DNA of 64,000 nucleotides. Origin: a virus. Positions 15,768-26,117 of this stretch are shown here, piece by piece. Under the pieces are notes generated by a model. That model searched no databases and had not been told where the DNA came from. It saw only the letters and a list, made by a program, of their open reading frames with translations. Numbering within the stretch: the stretch's first letter is position 1; every line of letters starts with the position of its first letter. The DNA lies in the IMG/VR virus record IMGVR_UViG_3300023179_000041, positions 1 to 64,000 of that record; one strand, written 5' to 3'. The position numbers and the translations under genes were made by a program.

Positions 15768-17693
15768 CTACTTGATTGGGCAAGCCCCAGTCGCGCAGTT
15801 GTCGAGGTCCAGTTCTCCGTCAAACGAACGCTGTTGGAGTGGAACGGAGAAGTCGATGCTTGCAAGCATCTTTTCATAGTCCTCCTTCGAGCACTCCTCG
15901 TATGGAGGAAGCGGGAAGTTATGGTCGCTGTGGAGCAGGAACGACACTGACTTGACGCCATCGTCGTAGTTCTTCTCCAGCCATTCCTTAATTTCCGGTA
16001 GTTCTTCCTTGCGGTAGTACACCGTCACCGAGACTGCGTTGTCTGCCCAGATGGTTTGCATGGTCTTGACCCACTCCAACTGCTGAACAGCAGTCATCTC
16101 AGTGGCAAGGACTGAGCCCTCCGGCGACATACACGGGAAGTCCACGACATAACGGGTGTGGTCCTCTCGACCGTCAAGGCCGATGTCCCACTGCACCTTG
16201 TAGCCACGCTTGCGGCAGGCGTCCACAAGGGGGTCTGCCGAGCCAAAGCGAACGCGTCGGATGTAGTACTGCGCGTAAGCGGGGTGAATGCCCGGAGTGA
16301 CGCCAGGAAGCAGCGAGAGAGTTCCTGAAGGCTGAACGGTGGTCAAACGCACTGAGGTTGGCCAGCCTTTTTCCTTTGAATACTTCTTGTCAAATGCAGT
16401 GAGGTTCTTATATGTCTCGTCCAGCCACTCAATCTTCTCTGCTGAAACCTGCAAAATCCCGGTCACATTTTGTCCAAGACGTGCGTTCTTCTTGACGATA
16501 TTTGTCGTTTTTTCGTACGGATAGGTGAGGCGAGTGATTTGCTTTTGAACCTTGTAAAGAAGGATTGAGATTTCCTTCAACTGCTCAAGTGATTCAACGT
16601 TTGGAAGATAGATGGTCGCCAGGTTGCAACTCTCTCCGTCAGCAAGGGCAATCTCTGCGCACGGGTTGAACCCCTCAATCGACGGGTCAGGATTTTTTTC
16701 TCCGAGACGACCGACGCTGCGAGCAAGTTTGCGGTTGAGCAAGCCATACGGCTCGCCAGAGCCGTCATAGCCCTTCCAGAGTTCTGGCATGATTTCGTCG
16801 TACGAGTCTGCGTAGATGCTGTTGTTGCTATTCGCGCGCCATGCAGGAACCGTTCCTGTGGACCAGTTCTTGGCACGAAGGAAGAGGACGTCGTCCGGGT
16901 CACCCATCGCAATCTGCGCCGAACGGCGAGACGAGCCTGACACGACGATGCGACCAATGATGTTGCAGATGTCCAGAACGTCGACAGAGCGGAGTTTCTT
17001 TCCGACCCGCCCATCAAGGACCTTGCAAATATCCGCAATTCCATCAATGAGAGCGCCGGGACCAGAAGCGGTGCCGCCAAAAGTCTTGAGCGGTGCACCG
17101 TATTCGCGAATCAAGATTGTCGAGTAACTGAATGACTTGCCAGTCTCAAAATACGACTTGAGCACAGCATGAAGCAGTCTCTTCCATCCGTGTCGCGAGT
17201 CAGGGACGATGATGTCAGCGTCGTTAGAGCGCTCATGGATAATGCTCACCCCAGACTTGACCTTTGGCAAGTCGTGAATCTTTGCGCGCTCAACCGAAAA
17301 GCCAACTCCGCCACCAAGCATCAGGTACTCAAACAACAGTTCAAAATCCTCAATCTTTTCAATGTTGGTGAAGTAGCAGTTGTTTAGCGACGCACCATTG
17401 AATTTTTGAACGAGCGGCGTCCCAAGTTGCCAAAGTGCTCTGCCGGCGAATGAGCAGCGCAAATTGAACATGTGGTCAAAGAGTTTCTCGGCCTCTTCCT
17501 TTGTGTATTCAACGCCGATTTCGTGCGCGCCATTAACCACGCGCTGAAGAGTTTCAGTCCATGTCTCATTATTGCCATCATCCTTCTTCCGACTATACGT
17601 CCTCAAGAAAACGATTTCACCCATGCCATTGAAACCCCAAGGTGCTTGTTTCTGGGAATAGGAGTCCACAAAGGATTGGTCTAGCGTTGTCAT
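15768..17693 (-). CDS. nrdJ: Class II (adenosylcobalamin) ribonucleoside-triphosphate reductase
   Basis: RTYSR, LNNC, GGGVG, NPCAEI, TTVQPSGTLSLL, C-terminal CATGACPIK. Confidence 0.93.
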   Translation of the reverse strand: MTTLDQSFVDSYSQKQAPWGFNGMGEIVFLRTYSRKKDDGNNETWTETLQRVVNGAHEIGVEYTKEEAEKLFDHMFNLRCSFAGRALWQLGTPLVQKFNGASLNNCYFTNIEKIEDFELLFEYLMLGGGVGFSVERAKIHDLPKVKSGVSIIHERSNDADIIVPDSRHGWKRLLHAVLKSYFETGKSFSYSTILIREYGAPLKTFGGTASGPGALIDGIADICKVLDGRVGKKLRSVDVLDICNIIGRIVVSGSSRRSAQIAMGDPDDVLFLRAKNWSTGTVPAWRANSNNSIYADSYDEIMPELWKGYDGSGEPYGLLNRKLARSVGRLGEKNPDPSIEGFNPCAEIALADGESCNLATIYLPNVESLEQLKEISILLYKVQKQITRLTYPYEKTTNIVKKNARLGQNVTGILQVSAEKIEWLDETYKNLTAFDKKYSKEKGWPTSVRLTTVQPSGTLSLLPGVTPGIHPAYAQYYIRRVRFGSADPLVDACRKRGYKVQWDIGLDGREDHTRYVVDFPCMSPEGSVLATEMTAVQQLEWVKTMQTIWADNAVSVTVYYRKEELPEIKEWLEKNYDDGVKSVSFLLHSDHNFPLPPYEECSKEDYEKMLASIDFSVPLQQRSFDGELDLDNCATGACPIK

Positions 17694-17788
17694 AAAGTAA
17701 CCTTCCGTATGAGTTTGGTCCGAGTAGGTTAGTGGACAATACGACGCAAAAATCGTCTAAGAAGGGTTTCTGCGACTATGATTTCTTT

Positions 17789-18148
17789 ATGGACATAAAC
17801 AAGTACGACGAAAGCGCATTTATGGATTTTTCTCAATACCAGTTCAGAACTGGACTAACCGCACGTTATCCACAGGACAGGGCTATTGAGTATTTAGTTC
17901 TTGGCCTAGCGTCAGAAGCAGGCGAGGTCGCCGGCAAATATAAGAAAATAATTCGCGATAACGATGGACGGTTCACGAAAGAGAACACGGACGCCCTGCT
18001 AGACGAACTAGGCGATGTTTTGTGGTATTGCTCGGAACTGTCTACTGTCCTCAAAACAAATCTCGCAGAAGTTGCGGCAAGAAATGTAAGAAAACTTGAA
18101 TCGCGCGCCGAGCGAGGGAAGATTGGAGGAAGCGGAGATAGTCGGTAG
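17789..18148 (+). CDS. MazG-like NTP pyrophosphohydrolase
   Basis: LGLASEAGEV...ELGDVLWY. Confidence 0.9.
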   Translation: MDINKYDESAFMDFSQYQFRTGLTARYPQDRAIEYLVLGLASEAGEVAGKYKKIIRDNDGRFTKENTDALLDELGDVLWYCSELSTVLKTNLAEVAARNVRKLESRAERGKIGGSGDSR

Positions 18149-18157
18149 GCTGAGTAG

Positions 18158-18463
18158 ATGACGGACAAACCAATAGGCATGATTGAAACACTTAATTTGC
18201 TTACTGCGCTGATGCGTACGGTAGAAAACGACAATGAGGTTCAGGTCATAGTGCAGCGGGATTTACTTGAACGAGCATCAGAAATGATTGCTTTTTTGGT
18301 TCAACGAGAAGAGATGTGGAAGTCAATCGCTGAAGACTTTGCGCACTCTGTCACCGTCACACAGGGAGATGGAAAACCTCGCTTCAACGTCGACCTTGAA
18401 AGATTCTTGTCTGCCCAATACCAATATGAGAATGTGCCAAATGACTTACAACCCAAAGTTTGA
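18158..18463 (+). CDS. Hypothetical protein
   Basis: ORF in operon. Confidence 0.6.
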   Translation: MTDKPIGMIETLNLLTALMRTVENDNEVQVIVQRDLLERASEMIAFLVQREEMWKSIAEDFAHSVTVTQGDGKPRFNVDLERFLSAQYQYENVPNDLQPKV

Positions 18464-18899
18464 CATCCCGGAAAAGTCTTTTAATTTCTCTGATGATTTG
18501 GCCTTCGGCCACATAGGGGAAGGCTTTGTTAAAACCTTTTATGAGTCAGTGATTCAGGGTTCAGCAGAAGTAAAAACGGACCGGTATCGAAACGGGAGAA
18601 TGGTCGTAGAGACCAATCAAAACCCAAGGCGAGAAACAGACGTCTTTGGGCATCCTGTTTGGAAACAAAGCGGAATCAACGTCACCACAGCAACTTGGTG
18701 GATTTATATTTATTCGCTTAACTCTTCAATGGTTGTTGTGTCTGTTGCGCGACTAAAGAATTATTTGCGCGCGAACAAGGAATTATTCAATGAAACAACA
18801 AAAAGAGTTTTTGCAGAAAGCAGCGACAATCCAGCAAAAGGTTTTCTTTTGGAGCCAGAGAATGTAATGGAGATGCTGTATAGTAAAGAGTACGACTGA
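18441..18899 (+). CDS. Hypothetical protein, possible PD-(D/E)XK fold
   Basis: DL.FG..GE, EVKTD, SGI..T.A.WW. Confidence 0.65.
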   Translation: MTYNPKFDIPEKSFNFSDDLAFGHIGEGFVKTFYESVIQGSAEVKTDRYRNGRMVVETNQNPRRETDVFGHPVWKQSGINVTTATWWIYIYSLNSSMVVVSVARLKNYLRANKELFNETTKRVFAESSDNPAKGFLLEPENVMEMLYSKEYD

Positions 18900-18910
18900 T
18901 TGGAGAACCA

Positions 18911-19249
18911 ATGTCAAAAATTTCAGGCTTCGGCTCACTGGGCAACCCAAATGATTCATTCACAATCCAAGGCCATACGCTTGGCGGGCGCGATGGAGCC
19001 GTTTTGGTCCAGCGACCCACTGCAAATGTTAAGCGCGAAGCCGTCGCCGCCCTCGCAAAATATCTTTCAACGAACATCAAATCGATTCGAGACAGTATTG
19101 CGCAGTTGGAAATACTCGCCGAGATGATGGTTGTCGACGAAGAAACAGATTCTGTTTTGCTCGACAAGGACTTCATCAAGGACTTCAAAGATTGCGTTGA
19201 CAACATTAAGGCAAAATACGAAGACACAATAAAGGTGGCTAACCAATAG
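18911..19249 (+). CDS. Hypothetical protein
   Basis: GGAG RBS, operon. Confidence 0.6.
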   Translation: MSKISGFGSLGNPNDSFTIQGHTLGGRDGAVLVQRPTANVKREAVAALAKYLSTNIKSIRDSIAQLEILAEMMVVDEETDSVLLDKDFIKDFKDCVDNIKAKYEDTIKVANQ

Positions 19250-19512
19250 TGGCAAAAGCCAAAAGGCTCAAAACAAAATCAACCTCAAAAAGCAAGTTAG
19301 AATCAAAGGCAGAAATAGACCTTGTTGGCGGCAGTTACGACGGCAAAAAATTTGGCGTCGTATTTCCCACACCAAAATACATAGTTCTTGGTCTCGGCAG
19401 GGAGTTGTATCTCCGCCAAGACCCTGATATAGTGATAGACGCAACATACAGGTACACGGACGATTGGGCCACTTATAAGGAGTGGGTCAAAGAACAGGCA
19501 CAGATTAAATAA
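19249..19512 (+). CDS. Hypothetical protein
   Basis: LVGGSYDG motif, coupled. Confidence 0.6.
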   Translation: MAKAKRLKTKSTSKSKLESKAEIDLVGGSYDGKKFGVVFPTPKYIVLGLGRELYLRQDPDIVIDATYRYTDDWATYKEWVKEQAQIK

Positions 19513-20285
19513 TGACTAATCCAAAAATTCAAACAGTTCAAATTAATGGATATCGCTATTACAAGCACCCGAATATCCCATCAGTCAAGGCTCCTTCTGT
19601 CACTTCGGTAATTGACATGCTTCCAGCGCCGTTTCTGCGCGCGTGGAATAGCAAGGTGACTGCGAACGCAGCGGTAGACAACATTGAATACGTGAACGAA
19701 TTACTGATGGCGAATCAGCAAGAAAAAGCGCGCCTTTGGCTGAAGGCTGCACCAGAACGCGAACTCAAGGTCGCTGCTGAAACAGGCGACAGGGTGCACA
19801 AAGCGATTGAAGAACAAATCCTTAATCCTGGCGCACCATACGACGAAGACCTCGAACCATTCATGCGTAACTTCCATTTGTTCTGTACGGAATTTGAACC
19901 AGAGTGGTTACACGTTGAAAAGTCAGTGTTCTCCATTACCCATATGTACGCAGGCTCTTTTGACGCGATAGCGAAGATTCGAGATAAGACGACCCTGATT
20001 GACTTTAAGACTACGCGGTCTGGCATTAGCGCAAAGGTTGCTTTACAGTTGGCTGCCTACTCCCGCGCAGACGTGATGTTTGATGGCGAAATTGAAATAC
20101 CGATGCCCAAGGTAGATGGTGCTGCTGCTCTGTGGCTCAGGCCAGAACAGTGGGGTGTATTCCCGCTCAGGATTGACGACGATATCTTTGAGACCTTTCT
20201 TGCGTTGCGCAGAACATTCGAATGGGAGGCCAGGCAGTCAAAAACTGCTATGTTGTCTCCCATAAGTTACAAGGCAGGGATATGA
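19512..20285 (+). CDS. RecB/Cas4-like PD-(D/E)XK exonuclease
   Basis: PSVT, GDRVH, YAGSFD, IDFKT, LQLAAY. Confidence 0.88.
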   Translation: MTNPKIQTVQINGYRYYKHPNIPSVKAPSVTSVIDMLPAPFLRAWNSKVTANAAVDNIEYVNELLMANQQEKARLWLKAAPERELKVAAETGDRVHKAIEEQILNPGAPYDEDLEPFMRNFHLFCTEFEPEWLHVEKSVFSITHMYAGSFDAIAKIRDKTTLIDFKTTRSGISAKVALQLAAYSRADVMFDGEIEIPMPKVDGAAALWLRPEQWGVFPLRIDDDIFETFLALRRTFEWEARQSKTAMLSPISYKAGI

Positions 20286-20818
20286 AAACCATAGAACCCG
20301 AATTGAAGTCGTGGAATCAAGGCGCTAAATGCGTTACAGATGGTGTGGTAAGTATGGCAGAAATCCCATACTTTTCCGACCACTCAACCAGCGAAGCATG
20401 CCACAAGAAAATTGTCACGGAATTTGAGTCAATTGTTGACGGCGTTTTTCACCAGAACCCAAAACTGGATGAAAAAGTTTTGGAGCAAATATTCGTTGGA
20501 TTGTGCACGTATGCCCTAATTGGCTACGCGCAAGAAACAAAGGTTTCCGTCGAAGAGGCGGGAATGCAGGTGCTGCAAACCGTGATTGGTAAGCAGCGCA
20601 TGTATGGACATGGCAACATCGCGCGCTTTGGCGTTCCGGGCCTTGTCATTCGCTTGAATGACAAACTAGAGCGTTTGAAGAATCTTCAAAAGCACGATGG
20701 TCCAGTTCTGTTTGAGCCGTTGCAAGACACATGGTTAGACATTTGCGGGTACTCCGTGATTGCGATTATGTGGCTGAACAATTGGTTCATGCTTGAACTT
20801 GATGCTGAATCCAAATAA
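20282..20818 (+). CDS. Nucleotide-modification-associated domain protein (DUF1599-like)
   Basis: KQRMYG.GNI...IRLNDKLERLKNL...DTWLDICGYSVI. Confidence 0.75.
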   Translation: MKTIEPELKSWNQGAKCVTDGVVSMAEIPYFSDHSTSEACHKKIVTEFESIVDGVFHQNPKLDEKVLEQIFVGLCTYALIGYAQETKVSVEEAGMQVLQTVIGKQRMYGHGNIARFGVPGLVIRLNDKLERLKNLQKHDGPVLFEPLQDTWLDICGYSVIAIMWLNNWFMLELDAESK

Positions 20819-20842
20819 ACATCAGGTACATAGGAGATAAAT

Positions 20843-21259
20843 ATGACAGCACAGGTAACAGTGGTCGGGAATCTCACTGCAGAGCCCGAAATCAAAACCA
20901 CAAAAACAGGAAGCAGTGTCCTCAAGGTTGGCGTAGCGGTCAATCGTCGCTGGAAAAACAAGCAGGAAGAGTGGGAAGAGGAAGTCTCCTTTTTCGACGT
21001 CAATGCTTGGGGAGAACTGGCCGACAATGTCGCCGCCAGCCTCACTAAAGGCTCACGAGTCATCGTGTCCGGGCGGTTGGAGCAGCAATCATGGGAAAAT
21101 AAAGAAGGTCAAAAGCAGTCCAAGGTTGTTTTGGTTGCTGACGACATCGGTATTTCCTTGAGGAAGGCACAAGTGCAGGGAGTTACAAAGACTGGTCAGC
21201 CACAGCAGAAACAACAGACATCAAAGTCTGCTGATTGGAACACAGAAGCACCGTTTTAG
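20843..21259 (+). CDS. ssb: Single-stranded DNA-binding protein
   Basis: VVGNLTAEPE, VAVNRRW, SLTKGSRVIVSGRL, C-terminal APF. Confidence 0.95.
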   Translation: MTAQVTVVGNLTAEPEIKTTKTGSSVLKVGVAVNRRWKNKQEEWEEEVSFFDVNAWGELADNVAASLTKGSRVIVSGRLEQQSWENKEGQKQSKVVLVADDIGISLRKAQVQGVTKTGQPQQKQQTSKSADWNTEAPF

Positions 21260-21267
21260 TCGGTCGG

Positions 21268-21328
21268 ACTACACCAATGGTGGTGTAAGCACCTTGCACG
21301 GTGCTACTACCATCATTGGTGTAGTTTT
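21268..21328 (+). terminator. Long hairpin followed by T-tract
   Basis: ACTACACCAATG...CATTGGTGTAGT-TTT. Confidence 0.6.
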
Positions 21329-21373
21329 ATAAATATGGCCGATTTATCATTTGGAAAACGGTAGGGAAACATC

Positions 21374-21604
21374 ATGATTGTTGGAGCGATTCTTGCTGTT
21401 GTTTTAGCAATAGCGGTTTATTTCTTGACAAAACAGTTGATGTTTATTGAAAGAGAGAGAATTTCTGCTGCAGCGCTTGTTGCAGGTACGACGTGCATTT
21501 CAACTGCCGGATTCTTGATTGGCAATTCTGTTGGTTTTCTAGCCTTGGGTCTATGCTTGGCCGCCCTTGGGCTTCTTTTGGGCTACGAAGGTGGCGGTGA
21601 ATAG
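21374..21604 (+). CDS. Small membrane protein upstream of portal
   Basis: Two to three hydrophobic helices. Confidence 0.6.
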   Translation: MIVGAILAVVLAIAVYFLTKQLMFIERERISAAALVAGTTCISTAGFLIGNSVGFLALGLCLAALGLLLGYEGGGE

Positions 21605-21606
21605 CA

Positions 21607-23769
21607 GTGGCGTTTCTAAAGTCATTCAGCCGCACATCAAGTGATGGGTTTTTGGGGCTTACAGAAAAAAAGCGTTATGCCACTGCTGGCTATAGCCGAC
21701 CGGGTGAGCCATACAAAGATGGATGGGATGTAGAACGCGGGATTAATCAAGCGCTTGACCGCGTTGTATGGGTTTATAAAGCCGTTTACGCAATCGCCTC
21801 AAATGCTGCGTCTTTACCAATAGGACAGCGCAAAGGCGACTGGCGAATTGGTGAGATGACATGGGATGACCCGATTCTTGACTTGTTAAATCGTCGCCCC
21901 AACAAGACAATGGATGCTTTCACGTTCCGATTCATGCTGTCGTCACAAGTTCTTTTGTCCAAGAAAGGCGCGTACGTAGAAATCACACGCAACCGCCTAG
22001 GCGATGTTGCTTCACTGTTTTTGCATCAGCCTCAATATATATTCCCAATTCCTCACCCAACAGATTTTGTGTCCGGCTATTCGGTTGAATATCCAAATAC
22101 ACCAAAGAAAATTGTCGAACCGGAAAATATGATGTGGATTCGCGTTCCTCATCCAATCGACCCATACAAAGGCCAGACACCCCTTGAATCCGCTGGATTG
22201 GCAGTTGAGTTCGATTACTACTCGCGTGTATACAACAGAAACTTTGTAATCAATGATGGCCGACCTGGCGGAATGTTGGTCATCAAGGGCGATATGGAGG
22301 AAGAGCAGAGTGAGGAAATCGCTCGGCGTTTTCGCGGGGCAACTGGCTCAAACATCGGCGGGGCTGGTCGCATTACTGTTCTTTCTGCTGAAGATGCAAG
22401 TTTCATCGACACCTCAATCAATCAGCGCGATGCTCAATACACGGAAGCACGCATGCAAAACAAAGAAGAAATTCTTCTTGCTTTTGGTGTTCCAGAATCA
22501 GTAATTGGCAATGCTTCCGGTCGGACATTTGCCAACGCCGATGTTGAACTTGAAGTTTTCTGGCGCGAGACAATGGTTCCGCATCTCACTCTTCTTGAGA
22601 GGGCATTTGACATTCTTGATACCGACCTAACTACATACTTTTCATACGACCTTTCTGCTGTTGCAATTCTTTCGCGAGATGACAGAGAGAGAGCAACCTT
22701 CCACCTTGAGGAACTCAAGCAGGGTGCAATCAGCATTGACGAATACCGCGCACTTACCGGTCGTGAGGGCGTTGGAATCGATGAACTCCTTGTCCCGACA
22801 AACCTCTCCCCAGTTGTTATGTCAACTGATGGAGGTGGCTTGCAGGATGGCGACAGAGTCAACCCGAATCAGCGACCAGGTCGACGACCGAATGACCAGC
22901 CAGATGAGTCAGTTCCTGGTGCTGGCTCTCCATCTCCAACATCGCCGCGAGTTACTACTGACAACACAGAAAACCCCTCTCCTAGGGCAATCTATGAGCC
23001 ATCCCTTGCACCGCTTTCCCACCCAATGGGAGATGGGGTGAAAGATGTTTCTGTGGTGCAACGCCGAACCAGACAATTAGACCGCCTTGAAGCCAGCGTG
23101 ACCCTTCAAGTGGCCTCGTTCTTCAAGCGTCAACAGCGTGTCGTGATGGAAAAGGCATCTTCCAAGAAGACAAAAGAACGCTGGGACTCAGGAGAGAAGA
23201 TTGCCGTTGACGATTTCTTTGATGCAGATGTATGGAACAGGCAACTAGAAACTGATGGCAAGACTTGGATTTCCGCAGTGTTCCTTGACGGGGCAATCGA
23301 TGTTGCTGGAGATGGGTTTGACCGGCTCGATATGCAGGGCAAGCAGGTCCAGGAATTGATTGAGGACCGAATTTCCAACCTTCTTCTGGTCAATTCAACG
23401 ACCAGAATGAACATGCAAAAGATGCTGGATTCCTACGCCGGACGCCCACATGCCGCTTTTGTGGCAGAACTTAGCCAGTGGATGTCGGACTCGTTCTCCA
23501 AGAGAATCAAGACAATCGTACGAACTGAAGTATCCGGTGCTTTCAATGCGGGACTTCTCTGGGCGGCACGGCAACTTGGGTTCACTCAAAAGACTTGGGT
23601 TCATGCCACCAATGAAGATGGAAGAGCAGAGCATCATCACGTAGCCAACACCACCGTCAGCATTGACGACGCTTTCGATATTCAGGGTAAGGCAGTTCGC
23701 TTCCCAGGCGACTTCGTTGGCGACGGGACATCGGTAATTAACTGTCGCTGCACTCTGGCGTTTGCTTAA
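21607..23769 (+). CDS. Portal protein fused to MuF-like minor head domain
   Basis: HK97-type portal motifs (GQTPLE, EILLAFGVP, EYRA); C-terminal RTE...KTW...FPGD...INCRC. Confidence 0.9.
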   Translation: MAFLKSFSRTSSDGFLGLTEKKRYATAGYSRPGEPYKDGWDVERGINQALDRVVWVYKAVYAIASNAASLPIGQRKGDWRIGEMTWDDPILDLLNRRPNKTMDAFTFRFMLSSQVLLSKKGAYVEITRNRLGDVASLFLHQPQYIFPIPHPTDFVSGYSVEYPNTPKKIVEPENMMWIRVPHPIDPYKGQTPLESAGLAVEFDYYSRVYNRNFVINDGRPGGMLVIKGDMEEEQSEEIARRFRGATGSNIGGAGRITVLSAEDASFIDTSINQRDAQYTEARMQNKEEILLAFGVPESVIGNASGRTFANADVELEVFWRETMVPHLTLLERAFDILDTDLTTYFSYDLSAVAILSRDDRERATFHLEELKQGAISIDEYRALTGREGVGIDELLVPTNLSPVVMSTDGGGLQDGDRVNPNQRPGRRPNDQPDESVPGAGSPSPTSPRVTTDNTENPSPRAIYEPSLAPLSHPMGDGVKDVSVVQRRTRQLDRLEASVTLQVASFFKRQQRVVMEKASSKKTKERWDSGEKIAVDDFFDADVWNRQLETDGKTWISAVFLDGAIDVAGDGFDRLDMQGKQVQELIEDRISNLLLVNSTTRMNMQKMLDSYAGRPHAAFVAELSQWMSDSFSKRIKTIVRTEVSGAFNAGLLWAARQLGFTQKTWVHATNEDGRAEHHHVANTTVSIDDAFDIQGKAVRFPGDFVGDGTSVINCRCTLAFA

Positions 23770-23834
23770 CCTATACGATAAGTTAAGTTAGTCTTGCCGC
23801 TCGCGCGTGTGTATAATCGCACGTAGGAGGCTAG

Positions 23835-26117
23835 ATGGACCGCAAAAATGTTCCAGTTTCGTCGGTTCGCGGGCTTAGCGAGGCTGATGGAATTGTAGAA
23901 GCGATTGTCTCCGTCACAAATGTCGTTGATTCGGTCAATGACGTCATTGAACCTGGCGCATATAAAAACACATTGCGTAAGCGGAATCCAAAAGGCGTTT
24001 GGTCTCACGACACCAACATCCCCGTGGCAAAGACGCTAAAGGTAGAGGAACTTATGCCGGGAGACGAGAGGCTCCCTGAAGATTTGCGCTCTCAGGGTGC
24101 TGGCGCCCTCATGGTTAAGATGCAATTCAACCTCAATACGAGCCGTGGTCGTGACGCATTCCATGACGTGCAATTCTTCGCCGAGGAACAAGAGTGGTCG
24201 ATTGGCTACTCGGTGCCAGAAGGCAAGTCATCAACTGACGAAAAAACAAGCGTTCGTTTCATAAAGCAGTTGGAACTTTATGAATATTCTCCGGTCATTT
24301 TTGGTGCAGCGCCAAATACGCGCACTCTAAGCGTTAAAGACGACCTGTTGGATATTGAAGAAGACGAAGATATCGATTGGGACGAATCAAAGGCTGGAGA
24401 TTATTCTGACTTGAACTTCAAGATTCCTGACGGAGCAAAGAAGCAGGCGCAAATCGGTCTTGACTGGTCGCGCGAATACAACCGTGGTGGAACATCAGTC
24501 GGCAAGAACACCGCAAACTATCTCATAAACAACACGATTGCAGCCCCGCGAAAAGTGCGCCATATTGCAAAGTACTTCCCTCGCCACGAAGTTGACCTTC
24601 GCACTCCCGCAAACAGCAGGCCAGGTGCTGATGGTTATCCTGGCGCCGGGCTCATTGCTTGGAAACTTTGGGGTGGAGATGCTGGCCGAACATGGGCAAC
24701 AAAACTCGTTGAGGCAATGAATCGCCGCGATGAGCAAAAAGCACTACAAATCAAAGCAGAGGCTGGGGCTTTGCGCGTTGGCGATTCTGTAAGTTGGAGT
24801 TCATCTGGCGGAACGGCTCGTGGCAAAATCACACGAATCATCCGTCGTGGACGTCTCAATGTGCCTGATAGCAGTTTTGTTATTACAGGTACCGCCGAGG
24901 ACCCTGCTGCGCTGATTCGTGTTTATCGTGAACAAGATGGCTCGTGGCAGCCAACAGACAGATATGTTGGGCACAAGTTCTCAACCCTCACAAAGATTGC
25001 AGGACTTAAGGATATTTTCACCGATATGCCAGAGGGTGAGCCTGGTTCGTTTGGCAATCCCCAGCGACCCGGTGTTGTTGGTCGTCCACGCCGCCGTCGT
25101 CGTAGGACAGAAGAAGGCAAACCGTATCGCATCTCGCGGAACATGCAAGGATGCAGTGGATACGCAGTCGTCAAAGAGGGAGAAAGTTCTCCAGTCCCTG
25201 GCGGTTGTCACGAGACTCTTGGCGAAGCGCGCCGACACATGGCTGCGCTTTATGCTGCGGAGACATCAAAGAGTGAGTTTGCCAATATCGAAGGCAAACA
25301 AGACGTTGTTCCTCATCAAGATGAAATGATTGAAGGAATTGCTGACCAGCAAGAAAGTGGATTGACGCCGCGTCAATTCACAATGTATGACTTATTTGAA
25401 ACAATTGCTGACAACTTCGGCAAATGGGACCAGACTGCCGGTTCTGAAGGTGCTCATTATGCGCCTGCCGAAGTTAACCCATTCAAAGAAGAAGGATTGA
25501 TGTGCATGAACTGCGCCTTCTTCCAAGGCGGAAAGCGTTGCGAAATTGTCGAAGGAACTATTGAGCCAGAAGCAATTTGCAAACTCTGGATTATCAAAGA
25601 GGACCTTATTAAGAAAAATCTTCCAGTTGCTACCGAAATGAAGGAAGAGGATTGGGATGAGATTGAAACAAAAGGAAAAGGTGGGCCGATTCGTAGTCAC
25701 TCAACAGCAGTTCGAGATGACGCAACGCTTAACCGGAATGCAATCCTTAGTACACGCTCACCAGAAGACCCCTCTTACTATCGCAAGATATTTGCTTATC
25801 AATTGCCGAATACTGATGGCACTCGCAAGACTCATTACACGTTCATCCACCATCATGTTTCAAAAGACGGTGCGCCCGGTGCGGCAGCAATGTCTGAACT
25901 GCGTGTACAAATGTCTGTACTAAACGGTGCTCGTGGAGGAACAACGCTTCGCGGTGCGGATAGAAAAGCGGTTTGGAATCACCTTGCAAAGCATTACCGA
26001 GATGGCGGAGAGACACCACCTTCTTTGAAGTCAGACCAAGAAGTAGATAATCTTATGATTAAGGCTGGTTGCATCAGTGAACCGCTCACGAAAGAAGATA
26101 CAGATGTCAGAGAATAA
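23835..26117 (+). CDS. HK97-type prohead protease with multiple appended domains
   Basis: DVIEPGAY, WSHD, WSIGY, LYEYSPVIFGA; about 580 extra residues. Confidence 0.9.
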   Translation: MDRKNVPVSSVRGLSEADGIVEAIVSVTNVVDSVNDVIEPGAYKNTLRKRNPKGVWSHDTNIPVAKTLKVEELMPGDERLPEDLRSQGAGALMVKMQFNLNTSRGRDAFHDVQFFAEEQEWSIGYSVPEGKSSTDEKTSVRFIKQLELYEYSPVIFGAAPNTRTLSVKDDLLDIEEDEDIDWDESKAGDYSDLNFKIPDGAKKQAQIGLDWSREYNRGGTSVGKNTANYLINNTIAAPRKVRHIAKYFPRHEVDLRTPANSRPGADGYPGAGLIAWKLWGGDAGRTWATKLVEAMNRRDEQKALQIKAEAGALRVGDSVSWSSSGGTARGKITRIIRRGRLNVPDSSFVITGTAEDPAALIRVYREQDGSWQPTDRYVGHKFSTLTKIAGLKDIFTDMPEGEPGSFGNPQRPGVVGRPRRRRRRTEEGKPYRISRNMQGCSGYAVVKEGESSPVPGGCHETLGEARRHMAALYAAETSKSEFANIEGKQDVVPHQDEMIEGIADQQESGLTPRQFTMYDLFETIADNFGKWDQTAGSEGAHYAPAEVNPFKEEGLMCMNCAFFQGGKRCEIVEGTIEPEAICKLWIIKEDLIKKNLPVATEMKEEDWDEIETKGKGGPIRSHSTAVRDDATLNRNAILSTRSPEDPSYYRKIFAYQLPNTDGTRKTHYTFIHHHVSKDGAPGAAAMSELRVQMSVLNGARGGTTLRGADRKAVWNHLAKHYRDGGETPPSLKSDQEVDNLMIKAGCISEPLTKEDTDVRE

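Noticed and set aside
8186-17693. Inteins or introns in TerL and NrdJ
   Set aside because: Both have normal lengths and contiguous motifs; TerL has only a short CPIC insertion
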